From Anaeromyxobacter sp. (GTDB lineage: Bacteria; Myxococcota; Myxococcia; Myxococcales; Anaeromyxobacteraceae): a DNA stretch of 64,000 nt. The number at the start of each line of letters is the position of its first letter. Positions within the stretch are counted from its first letter, which is position 1. Of the stretch, positions 21,147-31,089 are shown piece by piece. The notes below the pieces were generated by a model. That model was not told where the DNA came from, did not search any database, and worked only from the letters and a program-made list of their open reading frames with translations. The DNA is taken from positions 192,001 through 256,000 of the forward strand of contig JASGJN010000022.1 of the NCBI GenBank assembly GCA_049840735.1, given 5' to 3'. Made by a program: the position numbers and the translations under genes.

Positions 21147-22412
21147 TCAGAGCACCTGATCGATGGTGACCACGTCCACCAGCCCCAGCACGTTGTAGAT
21201 GGCGGGGATGACCTTCTCCGGCGGGTGCTTGCGCCGCAGCTCGGCCACCTTGTCGGTGCCGGCGCGATACGCCGGCAGGTACATGCGCCCCAGCAGCGGG
21301 TGGCGGCCCCAGGCGCCGGAGAGCTTGTCGGCGCGCTCGTCCGACACCAGGTAGTCGTTGCGCAGCACCTTCGCCACGTCCGCCTGCTCCTTGCCTTCCT
21401 TCCAGGTGAGCCAGGAGGACTGGTTCTTGGCGTCGTCCTGCAACAGGGCCAAGAGCGTGCCGATCTGCGTGTCGTCGTCCGGCAGCTCGTGGATCTCCTT
21501 CACGCCGTACGCCATCAGGATGGCGTTGTTGGCGATGCCCTCTGAGAGCGAGGCGCCGCGGGTGTTCATGGTGAGGACGGTGGCCTCGAACCCCAGCTTC
21601 TTCTCGACGTAGAGCCCCTGCGCCAGCGCGAAGTTGGTGACGTGGCCCGGCACCACCTCGTGCGACACCAGCTGGATGAACTCGGGGTAGGAGATCTCCA
21701 GCGCCGCGTTGATCTCGTAGGTGGCCTCGTACTGCGGCGAGCGGTCGGCGTTGCGGGCCCGGCCCACGTAGTTCATCGAGCCGGAGAACCAGGCGTTCTC
21801 GATGGGCAGGAACTGGATGTTGGCCCGCGGCACACCGTGAAGCGAGGCGGGCAGGTACGGGACCACGTGGCGCCGCGTCCCCTCCTCCAGCTGCGCAATC
21901 AACGCGTCCGCCATCTGCTTGATCGACTTCTTCGGGACCAGCCGCTCCTTGCGCCAGGCGTCCACCGCCGCCAGCAGCTCGGCGGGCGAGCCGGTCTTGT
22001 ACCCGGCCTTCGAGAGCAGCCGCGCCAGCAGGTCCTTCTTGGCGGCCGGCTGCGAGGGCTCCGGCGGGCGGCCGGTGGAGCCGATCACGCACCGCTCGTA
22101 GGCCACCTTGGGCCCCTTGCCGCGCAGCTCCTGGACCAGCTCGTACATGACCTGGCAGCACTCCGCCTGGCCCACGAGGTAGGCGCCGCGGAGGCCGCCC
22201 AGCGCCTTTCCCTGCGCGCCCATCTCGGCGATGGCCCCCTGCACGTCCACCGCCGCCAGGTAGGCGTCGATGGCGGCGTGGTCAGGCGCCTTGGCGGCGA
22301 TGCCGCCGGTGTCCCGCAGCCGGGCGGCGGCGGGGTGGGTGTAGGCGGCCGGCAGCGGCTCGTCGGAGTACCAGGAGTCGGCGATGAACCGGCCGACGCC
22401 CGAGGGGTTCAT
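21147..22412 (-). CDS. Hypothetical protein, probable zincin metallopeptidase (DUF885-like)
   Basis: SHEVVPGH plus downstream SEGIA; clean codon usage; no signal peptide seen. Confidence 0.6.
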   Translation of the reverse strand: MNPSGVGRFIADSWYSDEPLPAAYTHPAAARLRDTGGIAAKAPDHAAIDAYLAAVDVQGAIAEMGAQGKALGGLRGAYLVGQAECCQVMYELVQELRGKGPKVAYERCVIGSTGRPPEPSQPAAKKDLLARLLSKAGYKTGSPAELLAAVDAWRKERLVPKKSIKQMADALIAQLEEGTRRHVVPYLPASLHGVPRANIQFLPIENAWFSGSMNYVGRARNADRSPQYEATYEINAALEISYPEFIQLVSHEVVPGHVTNFALAQGLYVEKKLGFEATVLTMNTRGASLSEGIANNAILMAYGVKEIHELPDDDTQIGTLLALLQDDAKNQSSWLTWKEGKEQADVAKVLRNDYLVSDERADKLSGAWGRHPLLGRMYLPAYRAGTDKVAELRRKHPPEKVIPAIYNVLGLVDVVTIDQVL

Positions 22413-22694
22413 GACGTCCCCGCCCCATAGCGTGTCGAATCCCCAGGATCGCGGTGGCGGTGGTGCTGGCCAGCTGGGCCTCGGTGGGCATGGGGCGGGT
22501 CCTTTCACAGACCGGGGGTCGGGAACGGCGGGGACATTAACACCGGGCCCGCCCGTCCGCCGTGGATGTTGGGACGGGGGCTGCGCCCCCGCCCCGCCAG
22601 CAAAGCTGGCGGGGCCCCCACCCCGGCTTTGTTTCCGATTCGTGATCGCTCGTCTAGACTGCGCGACCAGCCAGGACCCCCGCCCGGAGCCACG

Positions 22695-24698
22695 ATGGAC
22701 GCGCCCTCCCAGACCTCGCTGCCCGAGAACGCCTACCGCCCGCTCAACCCCGGTGAGACCTACCAGCCGATGGTCCCGGCGACGCAGTCGCCGCCGGAGT
22801 CGACCTGGCGCTCGGTGCTGTGGGGCCTCCTCTTCTGCGCCATCTTCACCATCGCCTCGGCGTACTCAGGCCTCAAGGTCGGCCAGGTGATGGAGGCGGC
22901 CATCCCCATCTCCATCCTGGCCATCGGCCTGGCGCGGGTGTACGCGCGCCGCTCCAGCGTGCTGGAGAACGTCATCATCACCGGCATCGGCGGGAACTCC
23001 GGCGCGGTGGTGGCCGGCGCCATCTTCACGCTGCCGGCGCTCTACATCATGAAGCTCGACCCGCACCCCTGGCAGACCATCTTCATCTGCCTGGCCGGCG
23101 GGGTCCTGGGCGTCCTCTTCCTGATCCCGCTCCGCCGCTACTTCGTGCGCGAGACGCACGGGCAGTTCCCGTACCCCGAGGCGACCGCCATCACCGAGGT
23201 GCTGGTCACCGGCGAGAAGGGCGGCTCCCAGGCCAAGCTGCTGCTCCAGGCCACCGGCGTGGCCATGGTCTACGACTTCTTCGTCACCACGTTCCAGGTC
23301 TGGAAGGAGTTCATCGACTTCCGGTTCCTCCCGGTCGTGAACGGCCTCGCCCAGAAGGCGAAGATGACCCTCTCCTTCGACGGCGTGGGGTTCATCCTGG
23401 GGCTGGGCTACGTGATGGGGCTCCGCTCCTCCATGCTGCTCTGCGCCGGCGGGGTCCTCGCCAACCTGGTGCTGGTGCCGCTCATCTGGTTCATCGGGCA
23501 GCGGCTGCCCGACGCCGTCTACCCGGCCACCATCCCCATCTCGCAGATGGACGCGAACCAGATCTTCCGCGGCTACGTCCGCTACATCGGCGTGGGCGCC
23601 ATCGCCACGGCCGGGATCTTCGGCATCCTCAAGTCGCTCCGGATCATCGCCGGCTCCTTCGGCATCGCCGTGAAGGCGTTCCGCTCCGGGGGCGAGGCGC
23701 AGCTGGCGCGGACGGATCGCGACGTCTCGGTGATGACCATCCTCATCGGCGTGGTGGTGGCCACGCTGCTGGTGGCCGTGTTCATGGGCTCGCTGGGGGC
23801 CTCGCCGGCCGTGCTCGTCATCGGTGTGCTGCTCATCCTGCTGTTCTCCTTCTTCTTCACCACCGTGGCCGCCAACGCCATCGCCACCACGGCCCGCAAC
23901 CCGGTCTCGGGCATGACCATGCTGACGATCATCTTCTCGTCGGTGGTGCTGCTCCGGTTCGGCCTCTCCGGCCAGACGGGCATGTTCTTCGTCATGGCCA
24001 TCGCCGGCATGGTCTGCACTGCGCTCTCGGTCTCCGGCCAGACCATCACCAATCTCAAGACCGGCTACTGGCTGGGGTCGACGCCGGCGGCGCAGGAGCG
24101 TGCGAAGTTCCTGGGCCTGGTGGTGGCCGCGGTGGCGGCCGGCCTCACCATCGCGGCCCTGTCGGTGACCTACCAGTTCGGCGAGGCGCTGGAGGGGGAC
24201 GGGCGCCCGGTGCTGGTCGCGCCCCAGGCCTCCATCATGCAGTCGCTGGTGCAGGGGTTCATGAGCCAGCAGCCGGTGGCCTACCTGCTCTTCGGCGTCG
24301 GAGCGATGCTGGCCATCATCCTGGAGATGCTGAAGGTGCCGGCGCTCACCTTCGCCCTGGGCATGTACCTGCCGCTCGAGCTCAACTCGCCGGCCCTGGT
24401 CGGCGGCTTCCTCCACCACCTGGTGACCCGGCGTGCAGACAGGACCGGCGGCGAGGCCGGCCAGTCCATCCGCGAGAAGGGCGTGATCATCGCCTCGGGC
24501 CTGATGGCCGGCGGCGCCCTGGGCGGCGTGCTCGGGGCGGGGCTGCGGCTGGTCCCCGGCTACAGCGAGGACCTGATCCGCACGCCGTTCTACGGGGACG
24601 AGGCCATCTCGCAGTCGGTGAGCACCGTGGCCTTCCTCGGCCTGTGCCTCTACCTGTGGTTCGGCTCCGTCCGGAAGGCCAAGGCCGCCCGGGCCTGA
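22695..24698 (+). CDS. OPT/YSL-family oligopeptide transporter (second paralog)
   Basis: YSGLKVG, AIPISIL, FPYPEATA, NPVSGMT, LKTGYWLGSTP, APQA, GMYLPL, ASGLMAG. Confidence 0.9.
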   Translation: MDAPSQTSLPENAYRPLNPGETYQPMVPATQSPPESTWRSVLWGLLFCAIFTIASAYSGLKVGQVMEAAIPISILAIGLARVYARRSSVLENVIITGIGGNSGAVVAGAIFTLPALYIMKLDPHPWQTIFICLAGGVLGVLFLIPLRRYFVRETHGQFPYPEATAITEVLVTGEKGGSQAKLLLQATGVAMVYDFFVTTFQVWKEFIDFRFLPVVNGLAQKAKMTLSFDGVGFILGLGYVMGLRSSMLLCAGGVLANLVLVPLIWFIGQRLPDAVYPATIPISQMDANQIFRGYVRYIGVGAIATAGIFGILKSLRIIAGSFGIAVKAFRSGGEAQLARTDRDVSVMTILIGVVVATLLVAVFMGSLGASPAVLVIGVLLILLFSFFFTTVAANAIATTARNPVSGMTMLTIIFSSVVLLRFGLSGQTGMFFVMAIAGMVCTALSVSGQTITNLKTGYWLGSTPAAQERAKFLGLVVAAVAAGLTIAALSVTYQFGEALEGDGRPVLVAPQASIMQSLVQGFMSQQPVAYLLFGVGAMLAIILEMLKVPALTFALGMYLPLELNSPALVGGFLHHLVTRRADRTGGEAGQSIREKGVIIASGLMAGGALGGVLGAGLRLVPGYSEDLIRTPFYGDEAISQSVSTVAFLGLCLYLWFGSVRKAKAARA

Positions 24699-24815
24699 CC
24701 GCCCTGGCCCCCGCCCGAGTGGCCGGGGTACCGGTCCGCTGACCTGGGGCTGCGGAGCCCCAGGCGGTCGCACGGCCCGATCGCGCCTTTCCCGGCCCTC
24801 CGCGCGAGGTGCTCG

Positions 24816-24831
24816 CGGCACGTGCACTGCA
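24816..24831 (+). promoter_or_regulatory. Sigma-54-type promoter candidate upstream of the chemoreceptor
   Basis: CGGCACG-TGCA-CTGCA with GG-N10-GC spacing, ~76 nt upstream of the ATG. Confidence 0.5.
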
Positions 24832-24907
24832 CGCCCTGCACGTGCGTCGGCGGCCCACGCTGGCCCACCCGTGATCGTGTACGGGCCCCGGCGCGCGGAG
24901 ACAGCTC

Positions 24908-27658
24908 ATGCGCAACGTTCGGATCGGGACCATGGTCGCCCTGGCCATGGGGAGCCTGGTGGTGCTGCTGGGCGTGCTGGCGGCCACCTCCTGGTTCTCG
25001 CTGGAGCGTGAGGCCAAGGTCCGCCAGCAGCTCTCCGAGGAGACCTACCCCGCGGTCCAGGCCTTCGACACGCTGATGGCCGCGCAGGCCCGGGAGCAGC
25101 AGGCCCTGACCGCGCTGCTGGTCCCCGAGCTGCGCGACCGCGCCCGCGACGCCGCCCACAAGAGCCTGGCCGACGGCCGCTTCGAGATGGACGCCAGCCT
25201 GTCCCGCCTCGACAAGCTGCCCCGCACCCCCGAGATCGAGGCGGCCTGGACCGCGGACAAGGCCGCCGTCAACGCCTGGATCGCCTCCACCGAGACCATC
25301 GTAGACTCCGTCCAGCCCTACGAGGACCTGCTGGCGCAGCTCGACCCGCCGGCCAAGCCGAAGGAGCTGGCCGAGGCGCGGGTCGCCGCCTGGGAGGCGT
25401 ACGGCCAGAGCCTGGAGGCGTTCAAGGAGGCCGACGCGCGGCTGGTGGCGGCGCGCCAGGCGGTGCTCTCGCAGTCCGGCGAGTCCAAGGCCGCCGCCCT
25501 CTCGGCCGAGCGGAAGACCCGCGTCGCGCTGGTGGCCACCGCCGCGGCCATCCTGGTGCTGGGCGTGCTGCTGACCGTGCTGATCCGGCGCGCGGTGGCC
25601 CGGGCCGTGACCGGGCTGGTCCGCGAGGCCGGCGCGCTGGGCGAGGCGGTGGAGGCCGGGCAGCTCGGGGCCCGCGCCTCGGCCGAGCACGTCCAGGAGG
25701 AGTTCCGCCCGGTGGTGGAGCGCATGAACGAGGTCATGGACGCCTTCGCGCGCCCCATCGCCGTGACGGTGGAGGCGCTCACCACGCTGGCCGCCGGCGA
25801 GGCCCCGGCCTACATCGAGGAGCCGTACGCCGGCGACTTCGACAAGATCAAGACCAGCGTCAACGACCTGATCCGCGTGGTGAAGCAGCGCGGCAAGGAC
25901 CTGGACCTGCTCATCGCCGCGGCGGTGGAGGGGCGGCTCGACTACCGGGCCAATCCCTCGAGGTATCAAGGCGGCAACGCGCGCCTCATCACCGCGCTCA
26001 ACCAGATGCTGGACGCGCTGGTGTCGCCGCTCCAGGTGGCGGCCGGCACCGTGGACCGGATCGCCCGCGGCGACCTCCCGCCGCCCATCACCGCCGAGTA
26101 CCGGGGCGACTTCGACCTCCTCAAGCAGAACCTCAACACCTGCGTGGCCGCAGTCCACGCGCTGGTGGAGGACGTGCAGCAGCTGGCCGGCGCCGCCGTG
26201 CGGGGCCAGCTCTCGGTCCGCGCCGACCCGTCGCGCCACCTGGGCGAGTTCCGCGCGGTGGTGGAGGGGCTCAACGCCACGCTGGACGCGGTGGTGGGCC
26301 CGGTGGACGTGGCCGCCCGCGCGGTGGAGCAGATCGCGCGGGGCGAGATCCCCCCGCCCATCCCCGAGCAGGCGGGCGACTTCAGCCGGCTGCGGGACAA
26401 CCTCAACACCTGCATCGCCGCGGTCAACGCGCTGGTGCGCGACACCGACCTCCTGGCGCAGGCCGCGCTGGAGGGGCGCCTCTCGGTGCGCGCCGACGCG
26501 GCCCGCCACCAGGGGCAGTTCCGCGAGGTGGTGGAGGGGGCCAACCGGACGGTGGAGGCGCTGCTGGCGCCGGTGGTGGAGTCCACCGGCGTGCTGGAGC
26601 GGCTGGCCGCCCGCGACCTGCGGGCGCGCGTGACCGGCTCGTTCCCCGGCGACCACGCCCGCGCCAAGGACGCCGTCAACCGGACCGCCGAGGCGCTGCA
26701 CGAGGCGCTCTCGCAGGTCTCGGCGGCGGTGGACCAGGTCTCCGGCGCCTCGGCCCAGATCGCCTCCTCCTCGCAGGCCGTGGCCTCCGGCGCCTCCGAG
26801 CAGGCCTCCTCGCTGCAGGAGACCACCAGCTCCATCGGCGCCGTGGCGCAGATGATCGAGCGCGCCACCGACCACGCCCACGCGGCGGACCGGATTGCCA
26901 GGACCGCGCGGGCGGCCGCCGACGAGGGGACCGCCGCGGTGGACCACCTGCAGCAGACCATGGGGCGGATCAAGGCCTCGGCCGAGGGGACCAGCCAGAT
27001 CATCCGCGACGTCTCGGACATCGCCTTCCAGACCAACCTGCTGGCCCTCAACGCCGCCGTCGAGGCGGCCCGGGCCGGCGACGCCGGCCGCGGGTTCGCG
27101 GTGGTGGCCGAGGAGGTCCGCTCGCTGGCCATGCGGGCCAAGGAGGCGGCGGGCAAGACCGAGGAGCTGATCCGGCAGTCGGTCAAGGAGACCGAGCAGG
27201 GCGAGCAGGCGGCGCGCCAGGTCTCCGGGCAGCTGGCGCAGATCCAGCAGGGCGTCTCCAAGGTCAGCGACGCGGTGGCGGAGATCGCCGCGGCGGCCCG
27301 CGAGCAGAGCTCGGGCATCGCCCAGGTCAACCGGGCGGTGACCGAGATGGACAAGGTCACCCAGCAGAACGCGGCCTCGGCCGAGGAGTCGTCCTCGGCG
27401 GCCAGCGAGCTCTCCAGCCAGGCCGCCGATCTGGCCAGCATGGTGAGCGCGTTCCGGCTGGAGCAGGGTGGGCCCTCCGCCGGCCCTCGCGCCGTGGCCG
27501 GCGCCCCGCGGCGTCCGGCCCTGGCACCCGCCGCGGCGGCCGCACCCGCCGCGCCGGCCAGGCCGGCCAGGCCGGTCACGCCGGCCGGGCGCGCCCCGAC
27601 CGCGGGGGGAGCGGATCCGTTCCCCATGGACGACCCGGGGGAGATCAGGGACTTCTGA
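24908..27658 (+). CDS. Methyl-accepting chemotaxis protein with periplasmic sensor and multiple HAMP-like repeats
   Basis: Two TM helices; repeated RAD/N...H.G.F..VV.G.N and GDF..L..NLN units; [20 protein letters not shown] signalling tip; C-terminal EIRDF pentapeptide-like tail. Confidence 0.93.
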   Translation: MRNVRIGTMVALAMGSLVVLLGVLAATSWFSLEREAKVRQQLSEETYPAVQAFDTLMAAQAREQQALTALLVPELRDRARDAAHKSLADGRFEMDASLSRLDKLPRTPEIEAAWTADKAAVNAWIASTETIVDSVQPYEDLLAQLDPPAKPKELAEARVAAWEAYGQSLEAFKEADARLVAARQAVLSQSGESKAAALSAERKTRVALVATAAAILVLGVLLTVLIRRAVARAVTGLVREAGALGEAVEAGQLGARASAEHVQEEFRPVVERMNEVMDAFARPIAVTVEALTTLAAGEAPAYIEEPYAGDFDKIKTSVNDLIRVVKQRGKDLDLLIAAAVEGRLDYRANPSRYQGGNARLITALNQMLDALVSPLQVAAGTVDRIARGDLPPPITAEYRGDFDLLKQNLNTCVAAVHALVEDVQQLAGAAVRGQLSVRADPSRHLGEFRAVVEGLNATLDAVVGPVDVAARAVEQIARGEIPPPIPEQAGDFSRLRDNLNTCIAAVNALVRDTDLLAQAALEGRLSVRADAARHQGQFREVVEGANRTVEALLAPVVESTGVLERLAARDLRARVTGSFPGDHARAKDAVNRTAEALHEALSQVSAAVDQVSGASAQIASSSQAVASGASEQASSLQETTSSIGAVAQMIERATDHAHAADRIARTARAAADEGTAAVDHLQQTMGRIKASAEGTSQIIRDVSDIAFQTNLLALNAAVEAARAGDAGRGFAVVAEEVRSLAMRAKEAAGKTEELIRQSVKETEQGEQAARQVSGQLAQIQQGVSKVSDAVAEIAAAAREQSSGIAQVNRAVTEMDKVTQQNAASAEESSSAASELSSQAADLASMVSAFRLEQGGPSAGPRAVAGAPRRPALAPAAAAAPAAPARPARPVTPAGRAPTAGGADPFPMDDPGEIRDF

Positions 27659-27715
27659 GGAGGCGCGGCTCCAGGTCCCCTAGCCTGCCAGCCCCGACCC
27701 GAGGCCCGGCGGCGC

Positions 27716-27798
27716 CCTTCGACTCCGCCGCGGCCTCGCCGCGGCGACGCTCGGGGCGAACGGGCCTCCGAGGCCGTTCGGGCTGAGCCCCTCGAACG
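27716..27798 (+). repeat. REP-like doublet
   Basis: CCTTCGACTC-CGCCGCGGC-ctc-GCCGCGGCG-ACGCTCGGGGCGAACGG, then an inverted short-class unit CCGTTCGGGCTGAGCCCCTCGAA. Confidence 0.75.
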
Positions 27799-27820
27799 AC
27801 CCAGGCACCCACCGGTGGAC

Positions 27821-28303
27821 CTACCGGTGCGGACGCGAGCCGCTGCCTGTGAGGCCGCCGCTCCGGCCGGCGCCCGTCGGGGCCTTCCGCGCGGCGGCGC
27901 GCTGCGCGGCCTGGGCGCGGATGCGCCGGGCCATGGGGCCGTCCACCTCGCGCACGTGCTCGCGCAGCCAGGCGCTGAGCCAGCTGGCCAGCTCCAGCAC
28001 GCCGCTGAGGCTGGGCGCCTCGTTGAGCGCGCGCACCTGGTGGAAGTACTGATCGGCGAAGGCCCGGTGCAGCCGCGCGTGCGCCTCGCGGTACGGATCG
28101 CGGGCCAGCTCCATCTCCGCCTCCTCGGCGGCGAAGTGCTGGGCGGTGTAGCGGCGCAGGCCGGCCAGGATGGCCGGGACCTGCTCCAGCGCGCGCTGCT
28201 TCATGGCCTCGCGCAGCGTGCCCACCAGCCGGTAGAGCTCGCGGTGCTGCCCGTCGATGTCCGCGACGCCGGACGACAGGTCCTCGGTCCATTCCCCAGC
28301 CAT
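27821..28303 (-). CDS. Single-domain bacteriohemerythrin
   Basis: W...L..GV.DID.QH, HFAAEE, H...H, WL.EHV.EVD. Confidence 0.88.
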   Translation of the reverse strand: MAGEWTEDLSSGVADIDGQHRELYRLVGTLREAMKQRALEQVPAILAGLRRYTAQHFAAEEAEMELARDPYREAHARLHRAFADQYFHQVRALNEAPSLSGVLELASWLSAWLREHVREVDGPMARRIRAQAAQRAAARKAPTGAGRSGGLTGSGSRPHR

Positions 28304-28453
28304 GATCAGAGCGTAACCAGCCGCGCGTGGGCTGTCTGCCGGGCGGCTGCTGACACCGCGGCGCGGGACGGGACAGGCTCTCGCACGCGGATGCTCGGTC
28401 CGCGCGGGGCGGGCGCCGGGCGCGGCAGGTCCCCTGCCCGCCAGACACCCGAA

Positions 28454-28591
28454 TCAGAACAACAGGGCGATCCCCCCCGGCGCAGGGACGAGGGTGACGC
28501 CCTTCACCAGCCGCGACTGGAGGAGCGGCACGCTCACGCCCACCGCCGTGCCCGCGGCCGCGCCGGCCAGCACGTCGGTCATCCAGTGGGC
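28454..28591 (-). pseudogene. 3' remnant of a PAP2-family phosphatase gene
   Basis: Frame reads AHWMTDVLAGAAAGTAVGVSVPLLQSRLVKGVTLVPAPGGIALLF*, containing the PAP2 C3 motif HxxxDV.AG; there is no 5' portion before the next gene's stop at 28621. Confidence 0.7.
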
Positions 28592-28620
28592 GGGGGCGCG
28601 GCGCGCTCGCGGCCGGCGGG

Positions 28621-29529
28621 TCACGGCGGGCCGACCACGTCGAAGAAGTCCGGGCGATCGGTCTCGATCACGTCCGGCGCGGCGGCCCAGGTGTCGAGGA
28701 GGTCCTGGTCCTCGTTGATGGTCCAGAGGATGACGCGCTTCCCGGTGCCGTGGATCCCGGCGACCACGCTGGCGTCCATGCGCTCGCTGCCGGGGGCGTA
28801 CTTGAAGGAGATGCCGGTGGCGCCGCGCTCGTGGGCCGCGCCCAGCGGGGCGTCCACGTCGCCGAGCGAGACCACGAAGCTGTAGAGCGGCGTGCGCTTG
28901 TCCACCACGCCGTCGAGGAAGTTGAGCTGCGAGGTCTCCGCCAGCACGCGGCCGTCGAGCTGGTGGAGCCGGACCAGCCGGTCCACCTCGTTGGCCATGT
29001 GCTTGGCCTCCTCGACGCCGATGGAGCGGCAGTACTGCCCCTTGATGTCGAGGGAGATCAACTTCTCCGGCTGGAGCCCGGAGATGGCCTGGAAGACCTC
29101 GTCGACGCGGACGTAGTGCTGGATGCAGGTCTCGGAGGAGCCGGCCGCGCAGGGCTGGCCGCCGTCGCAGTAGGCCACGGCGTCGATCTGCGCGTCGGAC
29201 AGGTCCTGGAAGCAGCCGATCTGGTTGCCGGCGCAGTCCAGCGTCTCGTTGTCGTGGCCCAGCCAGAGCGTCTTGTCGGCGGTGATCTGGATGTCCACCT
29301 CGGCCCCGTCGAGCGTCTCGAAGCCGTGCAGCACCGCCGGCAGGGTGTTGGGCATGCAGGACAGGCCGGGGCCGCAGTCATGGCCGCCGCCGCGGTGCAT
29401 CAGCACCACGGTGGGGCTCCAGCCTTCGACCGGCGCGTCGGGCAGGTAGTCGAACTTGGAGCAGCCGCCCAGCAGCAGCCCCGCGGCCAGCGCGATCAGC
29501 GGCCGAAGCGGTAGACGAGATCCAGGCAT
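28621..29529 (-). CDS. Glycerophosphodiester phosphodiesterase-family lipoprotein, Cys-rich (copy 1)
   Basis: Lipobox LGGC; MHRG, NTLPA, EVDIQ.TAD..L.LGHD, LDIK, WTIN, DVIETDRP. Confidence 0.8.
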   Translation of the reverse strand: MPGSRLPLRPLIALAAGLLLGGCSKFDYLPDAPVEGWSPTVVLMHRGGGHDCGPGLSCMPNTLPAVLHGFETLDGAEVDIQITADKTLWLGHDNETLDCAGNQIGCFQDLSDAQIDAVAYCDGGQPCAAGSSETCIQHYVRVDEVFQAISGLQPEKLISLDIKGQYCRSIGVEEAKHMANEVDRLVRLHQLDGRVLAETSQLNFLDGVVDKRTPLYSFVVSLGDVDAPLGAAHERGATGISFKYAPGSERMDASVVAGIHGTGKRVILWTINEDQDLLDTWAAAPDVIETDRPDFFDVVGPP

Positions 29530-30110
29530 AGGCTCGGGTTCCAGTGCGTGGGGTGGGCGAAGTTGTCGTCCTGCTTCCGGTGCGAGTCGAGGGCGAAGCT
29601 GAAGGCCACCCCGGCGTCCAGCTTGAGCGAGAAGCGCGCGTCCAGGTCCTTCACCAGGTAGCCGCCCGCGATGATCGACATGTTCTTCCAGTCGTAGTTG
29701 GGGTCGGACTCGGTCCAGTAGAGCGCCTTCAGGTCCCAGCCCCACTCCAGCGTCTTGATGCGCTCGCCCAGCGCGTGGGCGAAGGCCAGGCCCAGGGAGG
29801 TGGAGTGGGAGTTGCCGGTGAAGCCGAACCCGACCAGCCCCTCGAACGCGGCCCGCTCGTCCAGGTGATAGCTGGCGCCGGCGTGGATCACCTCGTAGAA
29901 GCCCACGCCGCCCAGGGCCGCCCAGCCCCTGCGCACCACCGCGGGCGCGGCCAGCGGCGTGGCGGGCTGCCCGGGGGCCGGCGCAGGGGCCGGCGCCGCG
30001 GCGGGCGGGTCGGCGGGGGGAGTGGCCGGCTCGTCGGCGCGCGCGGCAGGGCTCGCGGCGGCGCCCAGCCACAGGAGGACCGCCCAGGGACGGATGCGCA
30101 TGCCACGCAT
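29496..30110 (-). CDS. Hypothetical exported protein, probable small outer-membrane beta-barrel (copy 1)
   Basis: Signal peptide, Pro/Ala linker, amphipathic strands, C-terminal LVYRF; start uncertain (30110 or 30101). Confidence 0.65.
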   Translation of the reverse strand: MRGMRIRPWAVLLWLGAAASPAARADEPATPPADPPAAAPAPAPAPGQPATPLAAPAVVRRGWAALGGVGFYEVIHAGASYHLDERAAFEGLVGFGFTGNSHSTSLGLAFAHALGERIKTLEWGWDLKALYWTESDPNYDWKNMSIIAGGYLVKDLDARFSLKLDAGVAFSFALDSHRKQDDNFAHPTHWNPSLCLDLVYRFGR

Positions 30111-30150
30111 GGTGACAGCCGGGGCCGTCCCGGCAAACAGGACCAAGGGC

Positions 30151-31089
30151 CTAACGCGATCGCACGCTGGCCGACAGCTCCAGGTAGTCCAGGAAGTCGC
30201 TGCGATCGGTGAGGATCACGTCCGGCGCCATGCCCCAGGCCGGCGCGATGTCCTCCACCTTGGCCTGCGGGTCCGGGACCGGCCAGATGATCACCCGCAG
30301 GCCGCGGTTGCGGAGCCCCGCCGGGAAGGACGGGTCGAGCGGCTCGCTGGTGTAGCGGTAGGAGATGCCGTCCGCGCCCTCGCGATCCGCGTCGGCGATG
30401 ATGGGATCGGCCTCGGCGTACCCCTCCACGAACAGGTAGGTGGGCGTGCCGTTGTCCTTGAAGCGGCGCATGAAGGTCACGTAGTCCGACTCGACCAGCA
30501 GCCGCCACTCCATGCCGTGGGCGCGGGTCAGCGCGTCGATCCGGTCGGCCATGGTCTTCGACTCGTCCAGACCCAGCGAGCCGCAGAGCTGGTCCTTCAC
30601 GTCCAGCGCCAGCAGGTCCTGCGTCAGGGCCGGGTCGGTGGAGAAGCGCTGGAAGACCTCCTCCAGCCGGACGTAGTGCTGCACGCAGCCGTCGCCCTCC
30701 GGGTCGGTGCAGGGCTGGGCGGTGGCGACGTCGCAGCTGGCCACCGCGTCGATGGCGGTGTCGCGCAGCTCCTGGAAGCAGCCCACCACCGCGCCGGCGG
30801 TGGCGCCTCCCAGCGGATCGCTGCAGTCGTAGACGTCGTTGTCGTGGCCCAGCCAGAGCGTGCCGTCGCGGCTCAGCTGCAGGTCCATCTCCACGCCGTC
30901 GTAGAGGCTGGCGCCGTAGAGCATGGCCGGCATGGTGTTCTCGCGGATCTCCGGGTTGTTGGCCCCGGCCCCGCGGTGCATGAGGATCAGCGGCCGGTCC
31001 AGCGGCTCCACCGGCCCGCGATCCACCTGGGTGAACTGATCGCAGCCGCCGGCGAGGAGGGCGGCCAGCGCGAGCGCGCGTCTCACCAT
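30151..31089 (-). CDS. Glycerophosphodiester phosphodiesterase-family lipoprotein, Cys-rich (copy 2)
   Basis: Lipobox AGGC; MHRG, ENT, EMDLQLSRDG.L.LGHD, LDVK, DVILTDR. Confidence 0.82.
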   Translation of the reverse strand: MVRRALALAALLAGGCDQFTQVDRGPVEPLDRPLILMHRGAGANNPEIRENTMPAMLYGASLYDGVEMDLQLSRDGTLWLGHDNDVYDCSDPLGGATAGAVVGCFQELRDTAIDAVASCDVATAQPCTDPEGDGCVQHYVRLEEVFQRFSTDPALTQDLLALDVKDQLCGSLGLDESKTMADRIDALTRAHGMEWRLLVESDYVTFMRRFKDNGTPTYLFVEGYAEADPIIADADREGADGISYRYTSEPLDPSFPAGLRNRGLRVIIWPVPDPQAKVEDIAPAWGMAPDVILTDRSDFLDYLELSASVRSR

